Positions 36,593 to 49,084 of a stretch of DNA of 64,000 nucleotides are shown here, piece by piece. The stretch's first letter is position 1. Each line of letters begins with the position of its first letter. The stretch comes from Chiloscyllium plagiosum. Taxonomy: Eukaryota. The position numbers and the translations under genes were made by a program. The notes under the pieces are model-generated. The model was not told the origin of the DNA and searched no databases. It saw only the letters and a program-made list of their open reading frames with translations. Location: NCBI RefSeq assembly GCF_004010195.1, contig NC_057753.1, positions 2,898,087-2,962,086 of the forward strand, read 5' to 3'.

Positions 36593-39500
36593 AATAGAGA
36601 GAGACTGTAGTGGTGTTGTCAATATACTAATATTCCAGCGATTCAGAATAATGTTGTGAGCATATGTTGTGAAATCCTGCAATGAAGCAGGCTTTTGGAA
36701 TGTATATTCAAACCGATAAATCTGGATTATAATGCTGGTCTCAATATCTTTGAACAAAACTGTTTGCATTCCATTTATAAGATACAATGCAACTTATTTT
36801 GATGTAACTTTCTCATATTTGGCTATAGACCATTAAAGTTACTGCTACTATGCCAAGTCAAAGAGCAATCTCATGAGTGAATTGAATTTGTCATTTAGTC
36901 ACATCTGAAAGTGCAAGTATGCAAAATCAATCAAAGAGTCCACCAGGAATCTCATTTATCGTGCGTTGGATTTGTAAAATGATGAGCCGTCCGTCTGAAT
37001 GATTTTGAGCCGGAGGGGCGAAATCAATGCTTTTGGTCACCAAATGCAGCATAAATTTGTTAACAAAAAGTGAATATGACTTGTTTTAGAAAAGGTCTTC
37101 AATGCCACTCATCGCAACGGTCGATATTGCTGAGATAAGGTATTAAGAGGAGCATGCCATTCTGCCGCTCTAGTCTGTCCTGCCATTTATTGAAATCACG
37201 ATTTACATGTGACATGACTCCATATAACTGCATCTGTGCCATAACCCCCACTACCGTTTTTTTCTTAACAAAAAAAGAAACCATCTCAGATTTAAAACTA
37301 ACAACTAATCTACCATTAACTGCCGTGTGTGGAAGAGAGTTATAAACGTATACAGACCTTTGCATACAGAAATGCTTCCCAGCATCTTTCCTGACTGTCT
37401 GGGCCAAATTCCCAGACTATTCCTTCAGTTCTCGAATCTTCAGCAATTTGAAACAGTTAATCTATATCTGCCCTGTCTTTGCCTGTTAATATCTTGAAAA
37501 GGTTAATCAGATCAATCACACCTTGATCTCTAAATTCTAGGGAAATGTGTCTGGAGACCACGTGTTGTGTGCTAAATGCTTCGCAATGTTGTTGGGGTTC
37601 CCTTGCTTATAAATCAAATTTTACCAGTCAGCTAGATGAATGACAGTTTCTCTCTCAGCTTAAATATTTTATGGTATCTAGTTGTTGTCTATATCCACTT
37701 CTTTGTCTGGATGAGAATGGATGTTGCCTGCTTGTGTCTAAATGTGTGCACACCTTTCCTTACTTTTGTCAGTGTGATTCACATATTCAATGTGTTCTTC
37801 TGACAAGGTCGGCTTTCACTCCTTCCAATTACTCATTATTTTGCTTTGCATTTCCTTTGGAACTGCTTTGAACGTGAATGCTTAGATTTATTTCAAAATT
37901 TGGCAATTAAAAGTTATACTAAATATCATTAAATTAACATGTGCAAATCTTCGCTTAAAACGGAAGAAACATTGTCGTGGACTGTAAGGGACAGGAAGAT
38001 AATCCGTGTTTTGGTTATTAGCGTTGTTAATATCTCTGTATATAGAATAACAGCCAAGTATTCTAACTCAATTCGGGCAAACAATAACTGGATTTACTCA
38101 AAGACACTTTATTGTCATTCGAAACATCAGAAACCCTCTCATAGAATCTATAGAATACTTAAAGAAGCTTGCGTTTTTTTAATGATTTTACTCTGATTTT
38201 AGGCTTTTTGGCTCCCCTGTTTTCGAGGAGCGCCGACAAGTGAGATTGGAACTGGACAAAGCGATTTGACTGCACAGATTCCACATATCACACCTGGCCG
38301 AAATCGCCCCTCTTTTGTGGTGCGGTGACACTTTGGATAAACCACCACCAGTTGTCTCTTTATAATGAGAGATATTTTTAAAGTGAGAGCAGAAAAAAAT
38401 AATAAAGGGACGCGAGCAGCTACTTCTTCCAAAGGGTGATTCATAATTAGAATGAACTGCCAGAGTAGGTACAGTTGAAAGACATTTGTACAGATTGGTG
38501 ACTAGGAAATGTTTAGAATGATATGGCTCAAACGCAGGCAAGTGATACTAGTTCAGTTTTGGAAACATGGTTGGCATGGACAAGTTGGACTTAAATGTTA
38601 GTTTCCGTGCTGTATGACTCCATGACTCCATAAAGGATGGTCCTCTAGAAATTAAACTCTTTTACATATTGTATACATGTTCCTCTCCATATTCCCTGAA
38701 TCTACATTTCCCTGCAATTTAATATTTACATTACAGCAGTGACTGTACTTGCATGACAGTTCTTTGCCTTTGCAACAATTTGAAAGGTCCTCAGGTAGTT
38801 AACAAGTTATATTTACACATAAATCGGTCATTCTCTTTGTCAGTTAATGTAAGTGAAAAGAGAGATAAAGTTATGAAAAATACACACATCTTTCAGCTTC
38901 TACCTGTGTCCATGTGGCGTCTCTATGCTTCTGTTTGCTGTTTTATCTGTCTCTGTCTCCATGTGGTGCCTGTCAGCCTGGATGTCTCATGAACTTTGCT
39001 TTTCACTGATGATTATTGTTTCGTTCTGATTGAAGATGTTCTGGGATAGAACGTTTCCCTCTGGTCAGACAATAAAGTCAGGATTATTTTCAATTGCTTC
39101 TTGCTGTGATATTTCTAACAAGTAATGATGATGGTGCAAGGGATACGCAGACGTTAAAATTAGGAAAATATTAATCTATTACTTACTAGAACTGTTCTTT
39201 TCGCTTTTGGAAAAAAATGTCTATTTTGAGCTGCAAATGTGTATTTTCCTGTATCTGAGAATTTTTCTGTCAAGAACAAGAGAGCAAATATTTAATATAA
39301 TTTGCAAAGGTAACAGTAGATTTTTTGATGCAGCATGTGCTTAGAATATTTAGTGGAGTGTTAGGATTGCAGTGGAGACCACATTAAATAATATAGCTTT
39401 ATATTAAACTATTGCAGACTAAAATAACCTCACTCAATCTGGTATCCGGTCACCAAGTCACCCTTTATTTATTTGTACACAGTACGCTGGCTGTAGTCAG

Positions 39501-40180
39501 CCAGCTTGGAGTCAGTCCCCTCAACGGAGGAGATTCTAAATTTTCTGTTTATATTGGTCAAACAGGGCTTCCAAATTGCCTCAGGTTAACATCTTCAATC
39601 ATAGATCTATTAGCGAATGAGATCAACCTAGTTTCAATCACTGCATCCATCCACCCATGCACCCTCTACCCCACCCCCGTGGCCACTTCTGCCTGGGGAT
39701 GTCGGCGTAGTATTTCTCTTGTACCTTTTCCTGCTACATTTTCACTTCAGCCCCGATTACTCTGACACGGATTTGACACGGATGACGTGTACCAAACTGT
39801 AGCCCGCCTGTTGCATCTGGAGAATCTCGGGGGAGTTTCTTCCTCTTCGTCTGATGGTAATGGTATTGAGGCTGCATCCATATCACTTTCTTAAGGTTTC
39901 CTCGACACTAATGGACGGGGGAACCGACGGTGTCTGGCAGACCTTCTGGTTATTCTGAGGTTCATGAGGTAACAGCTTCCATGTGATCCAGACACATGTT
40001 GTTTACATGACAACCTCACCGACTCGAACTGTGTAAGTTAAGATAGGAGTACCCTCATATAAACGTGGCCTCATTTCCATGCAAGGCCAATTCCATGGTT
40101 CTGGCACCAAACTTCATCCCTCAAATTGAAGTATCTTTCTCACTTCGAGGAGGCATGATGCCGGCATTGGTGTTCCTGCT

Positions 40181-42058
40181 AAATTTTCTTTCTTTTTTGA
40201 GATTCTAATCTCCTGTTTATGTTTCAACTTTATAAAATGGAACAAGTTACAAGCACAATTAGGAATAAACAAAAAGCAGCAGTTCACAAAAAATACTACT
40301 GACAGGGGAAAGGGCAGCAAGGATAAACCCCAAACCCCACCGTTCAGTTGTCAGGGAAAAAAAGAACAATCGTCAAATCTCACTTTCACTCAAAGACGGA
40401 ACTGTAATAAACACAGACAACACAGTCCAATCAAATAACAGACAGTGCAAAGAATACAGACATAATTTAGCTAAACCTAACACATGAAACCGGTCCACAG
40501 CATGTGCTGATCCGGCCGTCCTGAACCAGCTTCCTGCAGGTCAGGAAGCCGACCCTCCTCAGAGCCGCTTTCCTCCGGAATGTTCGCCGACTTCTCAGCT
40601 CCCAGTCGTGCCATGTGCTGACTAGACTACCCCAGGCCGCTTTCCTACGAGCTGGTTGTCGGTCTCCTAGTCTCCAGCCGCCCTGCACACTGACTGTCCT
40701 TCCACAGTCCACTTATCTCCTGCACTGTCGTCAGCTACTGGTTCCTGGTCACACCGCATACTAAACAAACCAACCCCGACCTGCTTACCTACAATCGGGC
40801 TGCCGGGCCTTACAATAACCAGCCACCCCACATACTGACTGACCCTTTCCCCTGTCCAGCATTCTTAAGGACTGCCCATTGGCTGTCCAGATTCCAGATT
40901 CCCTGCTTATTGACCGGTCTGCCCCCAGTCACCTTCACACAGGCTGCCGCCAGCTGTCTGGCTCAGCCTCCCAGCATATTGACTGGCCTGCCCTATACCA
41001 GCTTTTCTGCAAGGTCGCTACCAATTGCCTGGCACCGCCTTCCCCAGATGTAGACAGGTCTCTCCCAGCCCACTTTTCTCCAGGCTGGTTATTGACCCTC
41101 TGGCCCCCAGCCAATCCACTTTCTGGTTACTCCTCCCCTGATCAGCTTTCCTATCAGCCCGCTGTCAGCTGTCTGGTCCCAGGCCACCCCGAGCATGAAT
41201 AGATACCCCACAACTCACTTTCCCTGAGGTCAGTCATCGACACCCTAGCTCCTAGCTGTCACACACACTAACCAGACTACTCTAGCCCACTCCAAAACAC
41301 AATTTGAAAACCCACATACAGTAACAGAATTTACAATATCATCACAATAAGAGTTTGCAGCACCCAGGCAGAGTCCACTCCCAACGGCAGAGTCCTCGCC
41401 CAAAGGCACAGTCCATGCCTGAAGGTGCAATCGCCTCAAATAGGCAGAGTCCGCTCCAACAGGCAGACCCCACTCCTGAAGGCAGCAAATGCGCACCCCA
41501 CAGCACCCACAGAATTGCTCAGTCTCCATAGAGGTCTGATCCATCCATAGAGAACTGGGGCCACTCACAGGAATACAGTTAACTCAAGGGACTCGGTCCA
41601 CTCCCGAAGGCAGAATCCACTACCATAGGCAGCAAATGCTCACCTCCCAGTGCACGTAGCTGCCTAGACCACCCTCAGAGGACCGGGCCGACCAACAAAG
41701 GAACATTTCGGCTGGAAAGGTGCAGTTGACTCACAGGGGCTCAGTCCAAACACCAAAGCTGGAAACATATGCAAAAGGGAAAGTTCAGACATTAAAAATC
41801 AGAGTGCAAGGGCGAAGCCCTGCCACAAAGCTAACACAGTTCTTTTCTCAAACTAAGCACAAAACCAGTAACACACAGGCTGTAACCTGTCAGTGAAGCA
41901 ACAGTTCCCTAATGAGAACTGAAATACACGTGGAACACATTGACTGTGAAGATCAGCCAGTTCGGAAATTAGTCCTCAATAAAGAAATACCAGTAATAAA
42001 CTGGCTGTATAGATCAACCAGTTCAGGAATCAGGTCCCCCAAAAAGCAGAAACCAACA
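40181..42058. other. Unclassified ~1.9-kb C-rich insert with internal short repeats
   Basis: Lies between two copies of a ~700-bp Gypsy 3' segment. No recognisable protein. Confidence 0.5.
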
Positions 42059-45000
42059 ACAGTACACTAGCTGTGACCAGCCAGCTTGGAGTCAGTTTCC
42101 TCAGCGGAGGAGATTCTAAATTCTATGTTTATTTTGGTCAAACAGGGCTTCTAGATTTCCTCATTTTAACAACCTCAATCAAAGATCTAGAAGTCATTGA
42201 AATCGACCTAGTTCCCATCACGGCAGCCATCCAGCCACACACCCACTCCCCCACTCCCGTGGCCTCTTATGCCTGGGCATGTCGGCCTGATATTTCACTT
42301 GTATCTTTTCGTGCGACATTTTTACCTCTGACCCGGTTACTCTGACATGGACTTGACACGGACGATGTGTACCAGACTGTTTACCGCCTGTTGCATCTGG
42401 AGCATCTTGGGAGAGTTTATTCCTCTTCGTCTGATGTTAATGGTATTGAGTCTGCATCCATCTCACTAGCTTAATGTTTCCTCGACACTAGATGGACCTG
42501 GGAACCTACGGTGTCTGGAAGACCTTCTGGCTGTTCTGAGGGACCAAGTTAGTGAGATAACATCTTTCATGTGATCCAGACGTTTGTTCAGGAAAACCTC
42601 ACCAACTCAAACTGTAAGTCATGGAATCTGCCCTCATATAAACTTTGCCTCATCTCCATAAGGCCATTTCCATGGTTCTGGCAACAAACTTTATCCCTCA
42701 AATCAAATTATCCTTCTCTCTCAGAGGAGGCATGTGGCCGCCATTGGCGTTCCTGCTGCCATTTCAGCCTCCATCACAAGTCTGGGAGTATCAGGTTTTA
42801 ACCTGGTGCAGAGTGTTCTCTGCATTGCTAACTCTGCTGGAGCTATATTTGTTGTTGCATGAGGGTAGGTTCTGTAATTGAACTGGAACCAAAACAGTTT
42901 GGTATCAAATGATGCTGTAGACTGCTTCTTCAAGCATGCATTCGATGTTTGAACTGCTCTGGCAACCAGACCACTGGATGATGGATGGTATGGAGCTGTC
43001 CTTATGTGCCAAATGCCATTCAACGTAAGGAAATACTCATATTCCCTGCTGGTAAATGACGTCCCATTCTCCATGACCAATACTTCCAGGAGTTCATCTA
43101 TCATGAATGATGCCCTCAGATTCTCAGCTGTTATCCTGGAGTTGCCAAACGAATTTTATGCACGTCCAAATATTTTGAATGGGCATCCACAATGACCAGG
43201 ACTATTCAGCCCATGAAAGGACTGGCAGAGTCGATTATGCAACCGACTCCTCGATTTTCCCCAGCCATTTCCATGAATGTGGGGCGCCAGGAGTGGCAAG
43301 TTTTGTCCTTGATGGTGCTCTGGGCATTGCCCAAACAATGTAACTATGTTGACATCCAATCCTTGCCACCAGACATAGCTTCTTGATGGCGTCATCATCT
43401 CGGAAATCCCTGGATGTCCCTGGTGCAGTTCCGCCAGTATCTGGCAGCGACATTTACTCGGGACAATTACGCTTGCTATGCATAGCAATATGTCGTCCTC
43501 GACAGTGGTGTCACACCTGCAAGTGTCCCTTCTGGGTTTAAACTTGCTGGATTCCTTTCCAAACACCGCTGGTCACAAAAACAGCCTGTCCTGGTGAAAC
43601 TGAAAAAACTGGTTGTAGTAGGGGAAACATAAGGACCATTGCAACTGGCATTCAAACCTTTCTGGACCCGACTAGACTACATCACCGTCGAGTATGATGT
43701 ATTCCTATCCTGAGCACGAGTAATTGTCCCGAGTAAAGGTTGCTCCTAGATACTGGCTTAATTCCACCACGGTAATCCAGGGATTTCCTAGATGAAGGGG
43801 TATGGGGATGCATTGCACCTCCCATTTCAGATCAGAGTGGGTCACTACCGTAGTTGATCCCAACTCTTTTTTTCAATTCATTAAATAAACTTCTTGGCTA
43901 CGTGACCATTTCCAAAGCTGACCCTTTTTCAATAGTAGGTGTGATGGTGCCAAGGTGGACGCCAGGTTACATATGGATTTTCCATCATAATTTACTAAAC
44001 CAAGAAAAGAACTTGGTAAGATCTGGTACAGACACGGGAGCTGCAACATCTTTTATCCCCCTCGCTTTATCTTCTAACGGGTGGAACCTGGTTTTGTCGA
44101 CTCTGTAACCCAAAAAAACCACTTGGGGTGCTTTTCGAACGCACTCTTTCTTCTCTTCTCAGGTATACGCCGGCCTGGGAGAGAAGTGAATGCTCTATGT
44201 CTAAATAATTCAAACGCTCTTAATTTGTTTTCATGATTATTAGCAACTCATTCAGATAAATGGCCGTTGTTAAAATGTTCTCCATTGTCTTATGGAAGAG
44301 GGTGCAGACTGGTGATGCCCAAAATGGCAGCTGTATGTATTGACATAAACCGTAAAGCATAATTCCGGGATCCCTCATCCAGTTGCAATTACAGGTCGGC
44401 ACGGTTCATGGCCAGGTTCATAAAGGATGGCTCCCCTCCCGCCCCGCCAATTTTGCATACAAGTCCTTTGTGCAAAGAATTGGGTATTTATCCAGCTGTA
44501 AGAAGCAGTTTACCGTTTGCTTATACTCCCCACTGGCCGAGTTTTTTCTTAACACAAGGGTTGGAATACCGAGTGAATCTTGTTAAAGACCGGTTCTGCA
44601 ACCACAGATACAGCTGCACCGGTATTGACCTCCACGAGAACAGGATGACCATTTAACAAACCATTAATTACAATCGGTTCTGATTTGGATGTCATTAAGC
44701 AGTTTAGTTGTTCCAACTCATATGTCGGGTGAATTTACTTACTCGAATCAGCCCCTGTAGGACTGCTTTGCTCCCTCGTGTCTGCAAACTGGCAACAACT
44801 ACAATGACTTGCCGGACCAGATGCTGAAGACCTTTTTAGCCTCTCGGCTGAGGCTTGGTTTGGTTCTGCTAGAGTCTTAGAGTCTCTCTGCTTAGGATAT
44901 GTCCTGCACGAGGCTCTGCGATTGCTGACACTCAATTAGTGTTCCTCAAGTTCAGTCTCATAGGTGAGGGTGTCCACTTTAAATAGGATGCCCTGTAGCT

Positions 45001-45924
45001 CCCATATTCCACTTGCTACATTTTATAATGGCAAAGTCTGTTTTAGCGCCTGTTTGAAGTACAGTTGAACTTCAGCTATTAGGCGCTTAGAGTCATAGAG
45101 TCATAAAGATGTACAGCATGGAAACAGATCCTTTGGTCCAGCCCATCCGTGCCGACCAGATATCCCAACCAATCTAGTCCTACTTGCCAGCACCCGGCCC
45201 ATATCCCTCCAAACACTTCCTATTCATATACCCATCCAAATGCCTTTTAAATGTTACAAGGTGACATCATTAATCCCACATAGCAAATAGTCTGTCAGCA
45301 TCAACGAACATCAAACGTCCATGGCGGTACTTAACTCATCAAAAGGCCTAATACTGATCACCCGGCTCTCTAACTGTCGAATAAAACTGATGGCATCTCA
45401 AATTTAACAGAGATTTGGGGTTGAAATATTCCTTAACCAACTCTGTCAACTCTTGAAAGGTTTTTGTGTCTGGTGCCTCTGGGAATGTTAAGTCCATTAT
45501 CACTGAGAATGTTGGGGGTCCGCAAGCAGTCAGAAGGATTACTCCTTGTTTTTCAACCCCTACAATGTCATTTGCTCAGAAAGAAAGAAGTCACATCATT
45601 TCCACATAATGGGCCTAATCTTTTACAGCCGGATTAAACAAATTAAGCTCCCCAAAAAAAGACATAATGCCAGAAATGTTTACCCCAACTCCAAGATGAT
45701 TGTTGCAAGCAAATGTCCTTTAGCCATGTCCTACTTCTCCCGTCGCCTTTTAATTAACAGCACAGAAGCCAATAGCCCATCACCAAGTCACCCTTTATTT
45801 ACTGGTGCTCAGTACACCCACTGTCGGAAGCCAGCACAGAATTAATCCCTTCGACTGGGGAGATTCCAATTCCCCGTTTAGACTCTTTTTCCACAGCCCG
45901 CAACTGAGGAGATTCTAATTTCCT

Positions 45925-46540
45925 GTTTTTTTTTTCCTTATCGCCTAATTGCAGGAGTGCTTATTTTTCCCTGCCGCCCAGTCGTGTGTGTGCAGCTGTA
46001 CGACACAGTGAAGAACAACAGGTGTTTAAATCTTTATTTGTTTTCCACCACCAGGACGAAACGAAACACCCGAGTGGCCAGTGACAAGCAATGTCCTTCT
46101 CATCAAAGAGCCATGCTGTGTGATCTAAAAAGTGAAGGGGATGGCAGGAATTAAATCAGAACGGAGTTGGAGAGGGAGTTAAAACACTCCACTTCCTGCG
46201 GTAAATCATAAGGGATCTGGACAGAGTGGATAGGGGAAATAATTTCCCACTTCTGAACAGATCAAGAATCAGACAGCACGTCCCCTGTTTAGCATTTTTT
46301 TCGTTTTTTTTGAAAATTGCCGTTTAGTTTTTTTCCCCAAGTGGCCAGTGACAAGCAGTGCCCTTCACAAAAGAGGGCAATGCTGTTTCTTTTTCACCCC
46401 CACACTACCGCCTAACTGCGGTAAGAGCATGGGGAGAATGTGCAAACTCCACACAGACAGTCGACCAAGGCGGGAATTGAACCTGGGTTCCTGTCACACT
46501 GAGGTCGCAGTTTTAACCACTGAGCCACCGTACCACCGGC
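45925..46540. mobile_element. Composite insertion in the Gypsy LTR: unclassified repeat plus V-SINE 5' part (minus, ~46425-46537)
   Basis: LTR homology breaks at ~45925 and resumes at ~46545. ggggagaatgtgcaaactccacacagacagtc..taaccactgagccacc is the SINE reverse complement. Confidence 0.65.
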
Positions 46541-47369
46541 ATGCCATGTTTAGATGGGTCAACCAGGGCTTCCTGATTGGTCCAGGTTAACAACCCCAAT
46601 CAACTAACCAGCGAGATCCACCTGATTCTAATCACTACAAGATAGAACATAGTATTAATATAGATAAGAAGTGAGAACCAATGTCTGAACATGCAGTCTT
46701 GTTTTTACGTTTCCATACTGAATGGACTGTTGCAGTGCAGATCCATAGGTTATACGTTTCAGGGCACACACTCAGCCTAATATTTAGTGGTGACTTCAAT
46801 TTGGTGTCACAGGCGTAACTTGAAAATTTGTTTACAGAAAGCAACTTTAAGAGATTGCTGGTAGCATAAAGTTGAACGCCAAAATGATGTAGAGAGTTTG
46901 GTTTAAAAAAAAGTGTCAAGTGGAAAATGGAGTTTAATTCATCGAACTGTCAAGTGTTTCTACTCTTATTTTCAGAAAAGATTCGACAACACTGGAAGAG
47001 AAAATGCATAATTTCAATGAAATTTAATTCTTTGAACTGTCGAGAGGTTCAACTTTTTTTTTGTCAGAAAATCTCCGACAACCCTGGAAGAAAAAACGCA
47101 TAACTTCAAAGGTAACAAAAAACAATGGCTCCGGCTTGTAAATGAGGGAAAATCCGAGAATGAGCCATTGGACTAACTAGCCTTTAGTTTCCTGTTTTCT
47201 GCCTTTTTTTGAATAAAAAAGTCAGATGAGTAATTTTCTGATGTAGAGGTAGCTTCCCCGACTCTATTTTTTTTAAATAAAAACCAACCCATTAACCACC
47301 TCGCTAGCAATTTCGCTCACAATCCGAGAATGAATTGGGCCAGCAAAATTCTCGGGACCAGCCTCGGAA

Positions 47370-47650
47370 AACCGTGTGTAGTTTGCACATTCTGCCCGTA
47401 TCTGTGCGGGTTCACTCCAGTACTCCTGTTTCTTCCCACGTCCAAAGATAATAAGGTTGCTCAAATGGCCATGCTATATTTCCCATAGCATTCAAGAGTA
47501 GGTAGGTTAGGTGGATTTGCCATGGGTAATACAGAGTTACCAGGAAAAGATGGGGGGGGGGGTGAATATGGGCGGATTGCTCTTTGGACAGTCAGTGTGG
47601 AGTTGTTGGGCCAGATGGCCTGTGTCTACACCTCAGGGATTCCATGGAAA
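47370..47650 (+). mobile_element. 5'-truncated V-SINE
   Basis: gtgtgtagtttgcacattctgcccgtatctgtgcgggtt V-domain; gttgggccagatggcctgtgtctaca 3' end. Confidence 0.75.
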
Positions 47651-48119
47651 CTCTAAAGATCAACATATACCTTTACGAAATCTCTCAGGATTTGGATACT
47701 TGTCAACTTGCAATTCCAACTATTTGCTCAATACTAATTCCCTGTCAGTTTAACTTTCTTGAGTTCCTCCCTCCCTTTTAAATCCCCGTGTGAAGTTGTT
47801 TACAGGATGTTGTTTGCAGTTTTTACAAAGAGACCAACGTAAAATATCTGTGCAATTCTTCCGCCATCGCTTTATTACTTACCAAGGCCCATTTTCTGTA
47901 GGACCAATTCTTACATTGTCAACTCGTCTTTTTAGAAATATCTGAATAAGCTTTTCTTGCCTGTTTTTTTATCTGTCTCTTGCACTACAACGTTTCTCTC
48001 CTTATTAATCTTTTAGTAGTTATTTGCTGTTCTTTTCTGGGGAGGATGCAAGTGACCTCAATGGGTTGCAGAGGAAATTTTCCAGAATGTCTCCAGAAGA
48101 CAAATAGGGAATTGTGTTA

Positions 48120-48326
48120 GGAGAAAGTGAGGTCTGCAGATGCTGGAGATCAGAGCTGAAAATGTGTTGCTGGAAAAGCGCAGCAGGTCAGGCAGCATCC
48201 AGGGAACAGGAGAATCGACGTTTCGGGCAAAAAATTCCTGAAGAAGGGCTTATGCCCGAAACGTCGATTCTCCTGTTCCCTGGATGCTGCCTGACCTGTT
48301 GCGCTTTTCCAGTAACACATTTTCAG
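48120..48326. mobile_element. Short palindromic element flanked by a target-site duplication
   Basis: 74-bp inverted arms 48156-48229 and 48253-48326 with 2 mismatches. Direct repeat agggaattgtgtta at 48106-48119 and 48325-48338. Confidence 0.92.
48233..48270 (+). ncRNA. Minimal type I hammerhead ribozyme motif
   Basis: aattc CTGAAGA a GGGC ttat GCCC GAAA CG TC gattc: complete core, 4-bp stem II, palindromic ACGT stem III, GUC triplet ending at 48265. Stem I is weak. Confidence 0.75.
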
Positions 48327-49084
48327 GGAATTGTGTTACAACGTTAGAATGGAAAAGCTGGGGCTGAGGGAAGATTTTATCAAGATGTGCAAGATTTTAA
48401 CACCTTCAGGTAAGATAGGCAATGAAAAAGCTGTTTCCAGTACATAATGGTGCAACGCTGAGGGGACCATTTAAGATTTGGGAAAGAGATAGTTGGGTAA
48501 AGGGTTTTGATTATCTGACGACTGGCAAAATACAGAACATATTGCCAATAAGGATGAACAAAATGTGGGTGATCAACGAGTGAAGAAGGGAATTACATCA
48601 GCATGTCGGAAAACATTTGCAGGACTTTGTGGAAAGAAAAGGGAATGCGACAGATATGACAATTATACAGGGAGCCAGCGCTTAACGTGTTGGTCTGAAC
48701 TGCCTCTTTGATACCTGACTGAACACCTGCTTAGTTATTGTAACCTGCTCTGTTAACTTACTCCCTGGAATTAACTTATCATTCGAGCAAATCTGGTCTC
48801 TATATCCTATAATGTCAGTACCATCGGTCCTCACCCAGGCAGTTGAATATATACTCCGGGGTTGTCTAACCAAGAACTTGAATATCTCAGTGCGTTTACA
48901 GTCACACCAAACCTAAAATAATTTTCCAGAAACAGACGAACCGAATATTTTTCTCCCTATCATCAAAAGCAGCTGATTCCAGGCCTTGGTGAAGCGAGTG
49001 AATCTGTCAGATCTTGATGCGATGTTTGTTTTAATCTTCGTGTTTGTGAATCATAAATGCATTTTTATCCCATGTTCAAATTTC

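Larger units (their letters stand above)
21655..38520 (+). repeat. Tandem segmental duplication, unit 2
   Basis: Colinear with unit 1 at an offset of ~20.9 kb near its start, with unit-specific insertions and deletions. Confidence 0.93.
39413..46639 (-). mobile_element. Degenerate Ty3/Gypsy (Mag-like) LTR retrotransposon
   Basis: LTRs at ~39413-39645 and ~45750-46639 share caccaagtcaccctttattta and cagggcttcc..ggttaaca. PBS-like ggcgacgggag (minus, 45737-45747). Gag MSFFGELNLFNPAVKD*AHYVE..VILLTACGP from ~45665. Integrase AELHQGHPG..RSYVWW and ENGTSFTS..TAPYHPSSSGLVAR (42721-43566). Confidence 0.9.
38520..47115 (+). repeat. Partial, more diverged third duplication unit, interrupted by an LTR retrotransposon
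   Basis: 38520-39410 aligns to ~945-1920 and ~21825-22760. Homology resumes at 46640 (gaagtgagaaccaatgtctg = 22796) and runs to ~47115 (taacttcaaaggta = 2374). Confidence 0.8.

Noticed and set aside
39408..46644. Target-site duplication of the Gypsy element
   Set aside because: Flanks (actat / agata) do not match convincingly; boundaries were set from LTR and unit homology instead.
46933..47112. ~90-bp degenerate tandem duplication in unit 3
   Set aside because: Real but old and non-coding; nothing further supported beyond the exon-like segment already reported.
48114..48347. 77-aa ORF across the palindrome
   Set aside because: Incidental reading frame through a TSD-flanked repeat.
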